This document shows positions 11,448-22,508 of a stretch of 64,000 bases of DNA, one piece after another (position 1 is the stretch's first letter; every line of letters starts with the position of its first letter). The notes beneath the pieces are model-generated. The model worked only from the letters and a program-made list of their open reading frames with translations, was not told where the DNA came from and ran no database searches. The position numbers and the translations under genes are program-made. The DNA comes from an uncultured Parachlamydiaceae bacterium (lineage in GTDB: Bacteria; Chlamydiota; Chlamydiia; Chlamydiales; Parachlamydiaceae), in the NCBI GenBank assembly GCA_963833865.1, contig CAWHZN010000012.1, forward strand, positions 6,241 to 70,240. Reading direction: 5' to 3'.

Positions 11448-14400
11448 ACTTGAACTGACAGGTGAGAGATATATCCCTGGTATGTCCACAAATATTAGGC
11501 TGGAGCATATGCATAGGTACATAGTAGCTAGGGAACTGGTCAAAGGAAAGCGAGTCCTAGACATAGCTAGCGGTGAAGGTTATGGCTCATATATACTGTC
11601 TCAAAAGGCTATGAGCGTTGTCGGCGTAGACATTGGCAAAGACGCAGTTGAACATGCATCAAATACTTATCATAATGAAAATTTAGAATACTTAGAAGGT
11701 TCTTGTACAGAAATTCCACTCCCCGATCACTCTATCGACGTTATTATTAGTTTTGAGACCATAGAGCATATTGGCTCAGAAGAACAGCATGCCTTCATGT
11801 CTGAGATAAAGCGTGTTTTAAAACCAAATGGTGTTTTGCTTTTATCAAGTCCAGATAAACATGAATACAGTGACGTTCCTTCATATAAAAATGAATATCA
11901 CATAAAAGAACTCTACAAGGATGAGCTGTGTGATCTTATTAATGCAAACTTTAAAAATCAAAAAATTTATGGTCAGCGAATTAAATATGGTTCACTTATA
12001 GCATCAACGGAAGAGAGTGAAAGTAGTTTTATAAACTATGACAATAAATATGATGGTATTAAAAATAATGAAATTGATAATTTTATTAAACCGCTATATT
12101 TTTTGGTACTTGCAAGTGATGAGACAATAAATGATCTCCCGAGTAGTATCTACGAAGAGAATATCCAGGAAAGCGAGGAATACCTTGCTGCAATTAACAT
12201 TATTATTGCAAGAGATAAAGATATAGCTGAGCTTACTCAGGTCATTACTGTAAAAGATGCAGATATAACTGTGCTCAATCAGGTGATTGCAGCGAGAGAT
12301 AACGGTATAGCTGAACTCACTCATGTGGTTAATGCAAAGGATGGAGATATAACTGGGTTTAATCAGGTGATTAAACAAAAAGATAGCTGTATAGCTGAGC
12401 TCATACAAAATTCTGACACTTTGTTATACGCAGCACAATTTATCCCAAAGCATATGGTGTTTCCAAATTCTTGGGTGGGACACATACCGTTTGGTGCCTG
12501 GTTAATTACGGGGATGCAACCGCAAATATTTGTTGAACTTGGCACCCACACAGGTAATTCTTACCTTGGCTTTTGTCAAGCTGTTTATGAATCGGGACAA
12601 AAGATTCGTTGCTATGCGGTAGATCACTGGCGGGGTGATGAACATGCGAGTTTTTATGCAAACAAAGCCTATGATGAATTGCGAGAATATCACGATCCTT
12701 TATATAGCTCTTTCTCGGAATTAATTCGATCATCATTCGACGAGGCACTTTCACGATTTGAGGATGGTTCAATTGATCTGCTTCATATTGACGGCTTGCA
12801 TACGTATGAAGCTGTTAAACATGACTTTGAGAGTTGGCTCCCTAAAGTTGCACCGGATGGCGTTATTCTTTTTCATGACATTTGTGTGCATAAAGAAGAA
12901 TTTGGCGTTTGGAAACTCTGGGATGAACTGTGTACGCAATACAAAAAAAATATGAGCTTTCAGCACTCATCTGGACTTGGGGTTTTGCAGGTGGGGCCGG
13001 GCAAAGACTCAAAAAAACTTGATTGGCTTATTCCATCTAGCCCAAGTCATAAAAAAATTCTTGATTATTTTACTGCACTTGGAGAGACGAATATTTCAAG
13101 GTATGAGTTTCAGGAGCAGACTACTCATGTTCAAATTCTAGATCAGATTATTGTTGCTCGAGATCGAGGTGTAGTAGAGCTCAATCAGTCTATAGCAGAG
13201 CTCAATAAGGCTATTGTTGCTCGGGATCGTGGTATAGCTGAACTCACTCAGGCTTTGGATTTTATTCGAAGCAGTGTGTCCTGGCGTTTAACCGCACCAC
13301 TTCGTTGTATTAAAAGGCTTGTTATGAATGTTTTGGGGTTGTTAGTAAGAAAAGTAAGGTCTTTATTGAAATGGGCGCTTATGAGGTGCTCCCCTAAAGT
13401 ACAAAACTTCATTCAGTATTTGTTGGCCTGTTTCCGGGGCATCACTCAATCTAGGCATAACTTTAAAGCAATAAAGGAAATTGTGACACATCGTTATGAA
13501 AAGACAAAAGAGAAGATTGTCAGAGACTCAGTAACTTCACCCTGTTCACAGGAGTTGCCACCTGTTGATATCAGTGTTGTAACGTATAATAGTGACAAAT
13601 GGGTTGACAGCTTTGTTGATAGTTTTATCAAACTGGATTATCCCAAAAACCGCCTCAATATTTATTTTGTTGACAATGATTCCACTGATTCGACAGTTGA
13701 TAGTCTCCGAACAATTCTGCCAAAATTACAAGACATTGGTGTTAAGGCTGAAATTCTTCAACGCCCAAACCTAGGTTTTGGTGCTGGTCACAACGCTGCG
13801 ATTGCTGTTGGAAAAGCACCGTATTGCTTGGTTACTAATATTGACCTTACATTTACGCCTGAATCACTCTCAAAGATTGTTGTACAGGCTGTCAATGATG
13901 ATCCTTGTGTTGCTGCCTGGGAACTGCGTCAAAAGCCCTATGAGCATCCAAAATTCTATGATCCAGTAACTGGCACGACCAATTGGAACTCTCATGCTTG
14001 TGTCCTCCTGCGTCGATCCGCATTGGATGAAGTTGGGGGTTATGATGAAACCCTGTTCATGTATGGTGAAGATGTTGAGTTGTCATATCGTTTGCGTCGA
14101 GCAGGATATCTCCTCCGTTATTGTCCCCAATCGGTTGTTTGGCATTACACCTACGAAAATGAAAATACAGTCAAACCGCTGCAGTATACTGGGAGCACTT
14201 TTTCTAATCTCTATATTAGGCTTAAATATGGTAATTGGATCGACATTGCAACAATTCCATCACTCGTATTGGGACTTCTTCTTAGAACTCAAGTCTACCC
14301 TGGGTCTCGTCGTGCTTTGTTTCAAAGTTTCATTAAACTTGCGTTCGTTGCTCCAAAAGCCTTAACGGCACGTCTCCGAAGCAAAGCAGCATTTCCTTTT

Positions 14401-15237
14401 AATGGGTTGGACTATGATCTTACACGCGAAGGGGCATTTGTGAGGCTTCAATCCTGCCCTCCAGTGGGCGCTCCTTTAGTGAGTGTTATCACGCGAACCT
14501 ATAAAGGTCGTGGGCTCTATCTGCGTCAGGCACTTCTTTCTGTGGCACATCAGACCTATCCCTATGTTGAACACATCATTGTTGAAGATGGTGGTAAGAC
14601 TCAACAGAAAAATATCGAAGGAATTCGGCAAACTACAGGTCGTGACATTCGTTTTATTCCCCTTGATAAAGTTGGAAGATCTAAAGCTGGAAACATTGGT
14701 CTTGCTGAAGCCCAGGGACAATATTGCTTATTTTTGGATGATGATGATCTTCTTTTCAGTGATCATATTGAGGTTCTTGTCCAGACTTTAAGGGCAACCC
14801 CGGAAGCCGTAGCAGCCTATTCTCTCGCATGGGAAGTTGTTACTGACAGTAAAGGTATTGATAAGAACGGATACACTGAAGTTAGTCATCTCATCCCCCA
14901 TAAATTCAGGCAAGAGTTTGACTTAAAGGTTCTGCAGAGTCACAACTACCTGCCAATTCAATCGGTTCTATTTGAAAGACGGTTATTTGAAGAACGGGGT
15001 GGCTTCGAAGAAAACAAAGAGGTACTTGAGGATTGGAACCTTTGGAATCGGTATGCGTTTGGCAACCGTTTTATCTATGTGCCAAAGGTGACATCAATGT
15101 ATCGAACACCGGCTGATCTTGCTGATATTGCAAAACGCAATCAGGAGTTCTCAAGGGCCTATCAGTTAACTGTTTTGCAGAATGAAGAACAGGTCGAATC
15201 TATCCGAAAACAAAATTTTGGGACAAAAGTTGGTTGA
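11440..15237 (+). CDS. Multidomain methyltransferase / coiled-coil / methyltransferase / GT2 / GT2 protein (polymerase-terminator type)
   Basis: TGERYIP...VLDIASGEGYG (MTase); FVELGTHTG...LHIDGLHTYEAVKHD (Methyltransf_24-like); two GT2 domains (VVTYNS...VDNDSTD; VITRTY...FLDDDD). Confidence 0.85.
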   Translation: MSELELTGERYIPGMSTNIRLEHMHRYIVARELVKGKRVLDIASGEGYGSYILSQKAMSVVGVDIGKDAVEHASNTYHNENLEYLEGSCTEIPLPDHSIDVIISFETIEHIGSEEQHAFMSEIKRVLKPNGVLLLSSPDKHEYSDVPSYKNEYHIKELYKDELCDLINANFKNQKIYGQRIKYGSLIASTEESESSFINYDNKYDGIKNNEIDNFIKPLYFLVLASDETINDLPSSIYEENIQESEEYLAAINIIIARDKDIAELTQVITVKDADITVLNQVIAARDNGIAELTHVVNAKDGDITGFNQVIKQKDSCIAELIQNSDTLLYAAQFIPKHMVFPNSWVGHIPFGAWLITGMQPQIFVELGTHTGNSYLGFCQAVYESGQKIRCYAVDHWRGDEHASFYANKAYDELREYHDPLYSSFSELIRSSFDEALSRFEDGSIDLLHIDGLHTYEAVKHDFESWLPKVAPDGVILFHDICVHKEEFGVWKLWDELCTQYKKNMSFQHSSGLGVLQVGPGKDSKKLDWLIPSSPSHKKILDYFTALGETNISRYEFQEQTTHVQILDQIIVARDRGVVELNQSIAELNKAIVARDRGIAELTQALDFIRSSVSWRLTAPLRCIKRLVMNVLGLLVRKVRSLLKWALMRCSPKVQNFIQYLLACFRGITQSRHNFKAIKEIVTHRYEKTKEKIVRDSVTSPCSQELPPVDISVVTYNSDKWVDSFVDSFIKLDYPKNRLNIYFVDNDSTDSTVDSLRTILPKLQDIGVKAEILQRPNLGFGAGHNAAIAVGKAPYCLVTNIDLTFTPESLSKIVVQAVNDDPCVAAWELRQKPYEHPKFYDPVTGTTNWNSHACVLLRRSALDEVGGYDETLFMYGEDVELSYRLRRAGYLLRYCPQSVVWHYTYENENTVKPLQYTGSTFSNLYIRLKYGNWIDIATIPSLVLGLLLRTQVYPGSRRALFQSFIKLAFVAPKALTARLRSKAAFPFNGLDYDLTREGAFVRLQSCPPVGAPLVSVITRTYKGRGLYLRQALLSVAHQTYPYVEHIIVEDGGKTQQKNIEGIRQTTGRDIRFIPLDKVGRSKAGNIGLAEAQGQYCLFLDDDDLLFSDHIEVLVQTLRATPEAVAAYSLAWEVVTDSKGIDKNGYTEVSHLIPHKFRQEFDLKVLQSHNYLPIQSVLFERRLFEERGGFEENKEVLEDWNLWNRYAFGNRFIYVPKVTSMYRTPADLADIAKRNQEFSRAYQLTVLQNEEQVESIRKQNFGTKVG
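12199..12405 (+). repeat. About five degenerate 42-bp (14-aa) coiled-coil repeats inside the multidomain glycosyltransferase
   Basis: IIARDKDIAELTQV / ITVKDADITVLNQV / IAARDNGIAELTHV / VNAKDGDITGFNQV / IKQKDSCIAEL; related units recur near 13148-13255. Confidence 0.75.
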
Positions 15238-16342
15238 TGGAACATTCCTTGTTAATGAGATTGGAGGATATACAGTGAACATAAAAGATAATAATTTTGA
15301 TGCTCTGAGATTATTCGCTGCAGGCCTTGTGTTTTATGGGCATGCATTCATAATTGCAGGCATGAAAGAGCCTTTGTTCCTTTCATGGACACATCTTGGG
15401 CCATTGGGGGTTTTTATTTTCTTCACTATCAGTGGTTATCTTGTAACTGTGAGCTGGGACCGGGATCCACATTTACTGCGTTTCTTTGCACGCCGGGCAC
15501 TCAGGATATTTCCGGGTCTTACTGCCTGTATCATCTTATCTGCATTTGTGTTGGGGCCCATTTTTACAACAAAATCGATTGGTGAGTATTTTTCTAATAT
15601 GTATGTTTATGGTTATTTGAGAAATATAGCCTTATACATTTCATTCTACTTACCAGGTGTCTTTGAGTTTAACAGGGTACCAAATGTTGTTAATGGTTCG
15701 CTCTGGAGCTTGCCCATTGAGTTTTTTATGTACATTCTAATAGCATTTATAGGATATTTCTTGAGAAACAATCGTTGGGTAGGTGTTCTATTAGGCATAG
15801 GTTCAGCTACAACTGTATTCTTTTGGGCTAATCTTTCAAGTACAGGAATTATTGTGTATGCGTCGGACTTACGGCAAGTATTTCTTTGTGGAACATATTT
15901 TTGGCTGGGAGCCATTTATTACAAATTTAATCTAAAAAGATTTTTTTCACTGTCTAACGTTGTTTTAGCGTTTGTGATAATGCTCTGTCTTGAACAATCA
16001 CCGCTCTCGTCTATGATTGGAGCTTGGATTTTACTACCACTCATTGTTCTGGGTTTTGGATTTTCCTATAGTCCTCTCTTGAAAAAATTGACCAGCTCAG
16101 GGGACTATTCCTACGGAATATATATTTACGCCTTTCCCATACAACAGTCAATTATCAGCATATGGCCAGACATGAGTTTTCCTATCTACGTCATGTCAAG
16201 TGGGGCACTAACTTTATTTATGGCCATTCTTTCATGGCATTTTGTGGAGAAGCCGATCCTGTCTTTGAGGCCATATAAGAGTAAATCACTCCTAACCAGT
16301 GACGAAAATTCAACAATTTCTATACAGAGAGCTGCCGCATGA
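15182..16342 (+). CDS. Acyltransferase family 3 (OafA-like O-acyltransferase); true start probably near 15275
   Basis: NNFDALRLFAA, FFTISGYLV, RRALRIFPGL, NGSLWSLPIEF, DYSYGIYIY, SWHFVEKP. Confidence 0.9.
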   Translation: MKNRSNLSENKILGQKLVDGTFLVNEIGGYTVNIKDNNFDALRLFAAGLVFYGHAFIIAGMKEPLFLSWTHLGPLGVFIFFTISGYLVTVSWDRDPHLLRFFARRALRIFPGLTACIILSAFVLGPIFTTKSIGEYFSNMYVYGYLRNIALYISFYLPGVFEFNRVPNVVNGSLWSLPIEFFMYILIAFIGYFLRNNRWVGVLLGIGSATTVFFWANLSSTGIIVYASDLRQVFLCGTYFWLGAIYYKFNLKRFFSLSNVVLAFVIMLCLEQSPLSSMIGAWILLPLIVLGFGFSYSPLLKKLTSSGDYSYGIYIYAFPIQQSIISIWPDMSFPIYVMSSGALTLFMAILSWHFVEKPILSLRPYKSKSLLTSDENSTISIQRAAA

Positions 16343-17252
16343 TAAAACGTACTTTATCCAAACTGAACAAATATATTTTTCCAGTCAATAATAATTGCCA
16401 TGAGAAAGAACAAATTCAGGAAATTCCAGTTCTTTTTCCAAATGGGCACTTTTATTCACCAATTACAAATCCGGCTGACATTCGTGATAGAGAAGCAAAA
16501 ATTTGGGCTAAAAGAAACTCGTTACCAGGTATAGACCTCAAGGAAAAAGAACAACTATCATTGTTAAAACATCTCAAGCCTTACGCTATTGATATTGACT
16601 ATCCGATTGAGCAATCCGATGACCCAACAAAGTATTTTTATGGAAATGATCAATTTCCAGTTCTAGATGCTGAATTTCTATTTACTGCCTTATGTCATTT
16701 TAAACCAAAAACCATGATAGAGGTTGGAAGTGGCTTCTCCTCTCTGATTGTCGCAGATGTCAACAAACGTTTACTTAACAATAAACTCGATTTTTCTTGT
16801 ATTGAACCTTATCCCCGCCAGTTTTTGATTGATGGAGTTGAAGGAATAAAAGATCTGATAACAAAAAAAGTGGAAGATGTTGAGCTGCAGTACTTTGATC
16901 GGTTGGAATCAGGAGATTTTTTATTCATAGACTCTTCACACGTGTCAAAGGCGGGCAGTGATGTGAATTACCTCTTTTTCGAGTGATTCCAAGATTGAAG
17001 AAGGGAGTAATTGTTCACATTCACGATATTTTTCTTCCGGATGAGTACCCAAAGGTGTGGGTTATAGATCAGGGTAGAAATTGGAATGAGCAATACTTGC
17101 TTCATGCTTTTCTACAATGCAATCGGGATTGGGAAGTTCTGTGGGCTTCCCACTTCATGGGCACACGAAATAGTAAAGAGGTTTCGAAGGTATTTCCCAA
17201 GTATCCAAGTTTGGGTGGTGGTGGAAGTTTTTGGTTGGTAAGGACTCATTAA
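16339..17252 (+). CDS. Class I SAM-dependent methyltransferase (Methyltransf_24-like), frameshift near 16980
   Basis: IEVGSGFSS and LFIDSSHV in the first ORF; PRLKKGVIVHIHDIF and WNEQYLL in ORF 16983-17252. Confidence 0.8.
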
Positions 17253-17464
17253 CCATCTTCTAAAAAGAATGATGTGAGATGACATAATGAATATCATGAT
17301 TTTGTTTGAAAATGCACATATGAAAAGGATTGAAGTGTGAAGACTTTAATTTTAGGGGGAACTGGGTTTATTGGTTGAGATCGTCGAGAAAAGAGGGTTT
17401 GGTTATGCTGTTACGAATGTCCCTGGTGTGACAAGTTAGTTGGGTTAAACCATAGAAAATCCCT

Positions 17465-18082
17465 CTAGAACATAACCAAAATGGGAGGTGACTCTGGTAA
17501 CCAAAGGGGATAGTCCTTCATGATCTGCTGAAACAAAGTGCCGGATGTAAAGATATCCAACCATATTTTCAAGCCAGGATAGGGTTGTTCATCAAACCAT
17601 TCGGGATCCACCATGACAAACTGTCGGATAAAGGGGAATAGTGCCATATCTACTAAAGCTGCTGAGTTTCCTGATAAAAATGGATTGAGTCGGGCTTCAA
17701 GTTTTCCTAAAAACGGCTCACATTGTTCACGGTAGTTAATTCCCATTTCTTCCTTGTAGCGTCCTGGGTATTTGTATCTATCTAACGCTTGCTTAAACAC
17801 AGTATCGTTTTCTGAAATTAATTGTAGATCTTCCAAAGATAAAACCGGCCTTTTAAAGGCCCAATTCATAATGTCTAAACTTTGCTCGAGAATAGTCTCA
17901 TCTTTCAATTGCAAAACAGGTACTGTTCCTTTGGGTGAGATTGTCAGCATTTCAATGGGCTTATTTTTGAGATCAACCTCTCGATGTTCATGAGGAATTT
18001 TCGCCGAATAGAGTGCTAAGCGTGCTCGCATGGCATAGGGACAGCGACGAAAAGAATAGAGAATCGGGTAGGGGAGTGTCAT
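17465..18082 (-). CDS. Glutathione S-transferase family protein
   Basis: YSFRRCPYAMRARLAL, SPKGTVPVL, SLDIM, FPFIRQF. Confidence 0.9.
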   Translation of the reverse strand: MTLPYPILYSFRRCPYAMRARLALYSAKIPHEHREVDLKNKPIEMLTISPKGTVPVLQLKDETILEQSLDIMNWAFKRPVLSLEDLQLISENDTVFKQALDRYKYPGRYKEEMGINYREQCEPFLGKLEARLNPFLSGNSAALVDMALFPFIRQFVMVDPEWFDEQPYPGLKIWLDIFTSGTLFQQIMKDYPLWLPESPPILVMF

Positions 18083-18239
18083 TCAATCCTCCCTGTAGAC
18101 CATTCGGATGCCAGAGAAAGCTGAAGATTTGCAAGGAATCGACGCTTGCGTTCGTCATGAGCACCATATACAACCAACACAACTTTGCTTCCAATAGATT
18201 GCCACTCTCGTTGTGAAGTAGCACAAAAATCGTCAATCA

Positions 18240-20760
18240 TCAAGGTGAGTCTAAAGTGACTATGTTGGTCCTCATTGCATAGTATTCTTGGTCGATAGCA
18301 TTTCTAACAGCTTTATTTTCCCAATAGACGTTGAACGTTTTCCATTGGTTGTGCCTAATCGCATATCCAATGGCATTTTCTTCTAAGTTATAGCAATAGG
18401 TTCTTTTGGCTTTTGTCATATACAAAGTTGGTGTGACGAATGGATGCGCTAGAATCAATTCAACAAGCTCTGGTTTATCGCAGCAATTATGCAAGGGTGT
18501 CCACCCTTCACTATCAATAAATTTTTCAGGAGAAAGAAGCTCCTTCCCAGCGATTTCTAATAGTTTTAAGACAATAGGTTTGTTGCCACAGAGGCAGGTT
18601 GCATGCAGGAGTGTTCTGACCTCTTCGATCTGCAAGTCTGCAATATCACAAGGCTTAGAATTGTCCAGAAGGAATGAAACAAATCCATTCAGGTAGGGAA
18701 TTTTCACCATATCAAACAGGAACTTATTCAAGGGGGTCTTTTGGAGTTCCTCCATCAGGGAGAGGTATTTACTCTTGAGTGTTAGCTCATCCATGAGCTG
18801 AAGAAGGTCTTTGTGTTTAAAGAAAAGAGGAACAGTCTTAAGGCGAATGGCATCATCATCTGGTAGCATATTGATCCATCGAAGAACATATCTCATCATC
18901 GTTTCAGGATCAAAGCTTAGGCCATAATCTAAGGCCCCCAAGGAGGCTTCGGCGCCCATCAGGGGGTTGCCAAAAATCATTTCCTTCATATAAGGTTTTA
19001 GAATATTGATGTGTTTAAGATAAAGTCCTTCTTTAAATCCCATTGATTTCACGAAATAAGGAGCAAGAGATCTCTTAAGATTCTCAGGCAACTCTGATGA
19101 GAGCAGGGTAATGAGTTTGTTGGCGTAACTGTATGGGTCCGTGCTGCTATACCTTGTAAAACGCCAATCAAAGTCAGTTGTCTTTTCCGTTTCTGAGATC
19201 TCATAGTGATTGGGGGAGAACGTCAGCGTAAAGAGCTTATTCTTATCAAAGTCACAAAGATCAATGTTGCAAAAGTTGGGGAAGGGGTCGGTGGTGCCAT
19301 TGACCTGCCAGTTTAGGTTGTCTTGATTGACAAGTCTTATGTAGCCCTTTTTTTTGTTGTATTCATATCGCTTAAATTTTTCCAAGAGTATAACTAAATC
19401 CTTCTGCCCGGGCAGAGTCTTCGGTTTGAGACTGTTTGGGAAGGGGGCAAGTGTCCTCATCTCCCAACAAACGGGATATTGCCAGAAGAGAATTGTCGAA
19501 GCCCGGGCATAGCTGAAAGTTGTACTCTTTATCTCGAAAATTAACACGGCGGGTGAATGATCCCTTGTTCACAGTGGACAAAACCTTGGAAAAAGCCGCA
19601 CGTGTATTTTGCCCCCCATTAACAAAGGCAAAGGACGGTTGGACTTCTTTATAATACCGAATGAGTTCTGGGCTGGCATTTGGAAACGCCAGCTTCAAAA
19701 AATCCAAATCAAAAGTCTTCGTCTCCTCATCACCAAGGAGAAGGTTCAAGAGAGCGCAGATGAGAGCGTCTCCGCAATCTGAAAAGAATTTCTTCTCTCC
19801 CTTCTCCAATAATTGGTAGGATATCCCTGTTCCTAAGGTCGGTGGGAAGATAGCACCATAGGATTTAACAGCGAGGACATTGAAAATTAGTTTTTCAGGA
19901 TCTTTTGTGAGTTGCTCAAAATCTTCAGTATAAACCTTTTTGGTGATGTAGTCTTGCTGCGTAAATAGATCCCCCCATTTCCATTCGCCCTGCAAATACC
20001 CATTTTCTGCCATTTTTTTGAAGTAAGGATTGAGGTCGGTTTGCTTTTGGGCGCGCATCCACATAAATCCCAAAAGAGCTGATTCAACGAGGTTTTGGGC
20101 GTAATGTTTTTGTTCATCAGCCGCCCCTGCAAATATCTTGGCGTAAGCCGTAGTAATGTAAATTTTGAATTTTTCAGTTGAGAGTTCTTTTTTTCCCCAC
20201 GAATTTCGCATTTTTAGCCATATGGCCGAGGCTTTTTTCTCATTCAATCCTCCATCGAAACACTTGGAAAACCAGTCTTGTAAAGGAACACTTCTTTCAT
20301 TTAATGGTTTGTTCTTGACATTGACATACAGAATCAAAAGATCTGCTAATTTATCAAAGGGAAGTTTCCTAAAAAGATCGTGTAATGCTCCTGGAAGAGC
20401 TAAGAACCCTCCGGCAGGGGAGGGGAAGAGTTGTTGAAGGATGGAGGATGTGTTGTCCAAAGGTGCATCAATGCCGTCTGAAGCGATTATCATTGATTTC
20501 GATATTTGATAGTGACAAAGAAAATCTTGAGTCATTTTCCCATAGTTGCCCTTAAAACGGTAGTTTGCTACAAGGGGAAGGGCTAATGCCCCGTGAACTG
20601 GAGAGAAAACTCTATATTCCTCTTTGAATATTTTATACATTCCTCGGATTGCGGATTCCGACATAATCTGAGAGCTCAAGTCAATTTTTATAGATTCCGA
20701 AGCACAACATATAACAGGAGTGGCACAGAAAAACAAAAAAAGAAGTAGTATTTTTTTCAT
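18240..20760 (-). CDS. Secreted protein with C-terminal ankyrin repeats (effector-like), frameshift near 19430
   Basis: Signal peptide MKKILLLFLFFCATPVICC; overlapping ORFs 19372-20790 and 18240-19547; TLLHATCLCGN and GWTPLHNCC ankyrin motifs. Confidence 0.6.
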
Positions 20761-20822
20761 AACGCTCAATTCTTGAATGATATTTTTCATAATACGGACT
20801 CTCTGTACCCTGCGAGTGCATG

Positions 20823-21662
20823 CTACTTGTTTAAAAATTGTGCCAGGAGTTCTGATTTCTTTGTAATTCCTGTCTTATCCTTGATATTCAGAAGGTAGTA
20901 TTCAACCGTTCTGGGAGAAATTCCCAATACTTTTCCGATTTCTTTAATTGATTTATGGGCAGCTAAGTATTTAAGACACTCACTTTCGCGCTTTGAAAGC
21001 CGTATTTCCTTATTATTTACTTTTATGAAAGAGCGATCAATTTTTGTATCAAGAAGGAATTGTTCAATATTTTGGGCAAGAATATCACCTTCAGATTTAT
21101 TAGAAAAGTTAAATTGTTGTTCAAAAATGGCTAGTTTCTTCTTATTCTTGCAATTAATAATGTCTTTTGCTTTTTCATTAAAGTAGTCTGAGAAATGATC
21201 AAGAAGATTGCGATTTTCTAAATAATAATTTAATGGAAATGAATTATTTATATCCAAAGAAAAGCTATAGAATTCTATAAAATCTGAATCACTTAATTTG
21301 CATATGTTAAAGGTATTCCATATGCCATGGTCGTAAATAAGGTACGCAATAGGATCATTTTTTGGATCGAAAGAATTGATATCCCCACCAATTGAAAAGT
21401 AACTTTTCTGATTTACCCTTATGTTCTTGGATATTAATTCTTCCCAAATGTTTCCTTGATCCTTGATGGTTTCCATGTATTTTCTCAACAGGTCATTATT
21501 GTTTGTTAAATTTAAGTATTGTCCATTCTTAAAAATTTTGAGATACCCAAAATTTTTAATGCCAAATTTAAATAGTGGATCACATATTGCATTAAATTGT
21601 GGCAATACAGTCGTATAATATTGGTAAGCCGATCCATTTATTTCTTCAATACGAGAATTCAT
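20823..21662 (-). CDS. LuxR-family solo transcriptional regulator
   Basis: C-terminal LSKRESECLKYL...SIKEIGKVLGISPRTVEYYL HTH; N-terminal putative ligand-binding domain; no adjacent luxI. Confidence 0.88.
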   Translation of the reverse strand: MNSRIEEINGSAYQYYTTVLPQFNAICDPLFKFGIKNFGYLKIFKNGQYLNLTNNNDLLRKYMETIKDQGNIWEELISKNIRVNQKSYFSIGGDINSFDPKNDPIAYLIYDHGIWNTFNICKLSDSDFIEFYSFSLDINNSFPLNYYLENRNLLDHFSDYFNEKAKDIINCKNKKKLAIFEQQFNFSNKSEGDILAQNIEQFLLDTKIDRSFIKVNNKEIRLSKRESECLKYLAAHKSIKEIGKVLGISPRTVEYYLLNIKDKTGITKKSELLAQFLNK

Positions 21663-21900
21663 TCAGACTACTCCCAGACGAACATACCTATTATTTAGGG
21701 ATATAATATGAAAATTTCAATAGGGAACCGTTATCATTAAAGAACTTGCGATCTGTGCCAATTTGTATATGTGACTGTTTTGAGAGGCTATTTTTTATGT
21801 GTCAAATAACAGGATCTTAACACTTCTTTCACTTTTTTCTCCTAGAATAAATCATAGAGTGATTATGTGTAGAAGTCTAAAATAGGAGTGTGATTTAAAC

Positions 21901-22479
21901 ATGAAAAATACAACGGAAACATTTTCAGTCCCGGTGAGGGCATTATTTCCCGCAGGTACAAACCTGTCTGAAGAGAGCCTAAAAGAGTGTCTAGATATAG
22001 AAAAACGTCGAGACAAAGGGAAAGATTTTAAACAAGGTGTTGAAAAAATACGGGCAGAACTTAACGATATAAGTCGTAGAATTATGGATAGTTTAGCCGT
22101 AGATTTACCGACAGATCCTGTTGAAATCAATGTTTCGGTTGGGTCTTTCTTTCTTGATCTGTATTTGCGGGCCAATCAGCCGCCAACGGCTCCTATTGCT
22201 CGAGCTCTTTATCAAAGTAAGATCAGGGATCTTTCTGAGAACCTCAGGCAAGATGAAATTACGCTCTCGGATGAGCTCAAGAATCAGGCGAAGAAAACCC
22301 TCGAAGAATCCCACTTATGGGATACCCTTAATATCACTGGTTGGGTTGAAGCCAACGGCCAAAAGCGGTTTCTCGTCCTAAACAATAGTATTGTTCCTAG
22401 GATTCCGACGGTTTTTCAAGATGTCATGAATGTTTTTGCGCCAGAAATAATAAAGGAAGCCGAGGGAGGACAGGGGTAA
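21901..22479 (+). CDS. Hypothetical protein directly upstream of T1SS genes
   Basis: 192-aa ORF with AGGAG upstream; no recognisable family. Confidence 0.65.
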   Translation: MKNTTETFSVPVRALFPAGTNLSEESLKECLDIEKRRDKGKDFKQGVEKIRAELNDISRRIMDSLAVDLPTDPVEINVSVGSFFLDLYLRANQPPTAPIARALYQSKIRDLSENLRQDEITLSDELKNQAKKTLEESHLWDTLNITGWVEANGQKRFLVLNNSIVPRIPTVFQDVMNVFAPEIIKEAEGGQG

Positions 22480-22508
22480 CATGTGCGACAACACAAAAAA
22501 CATAGACG

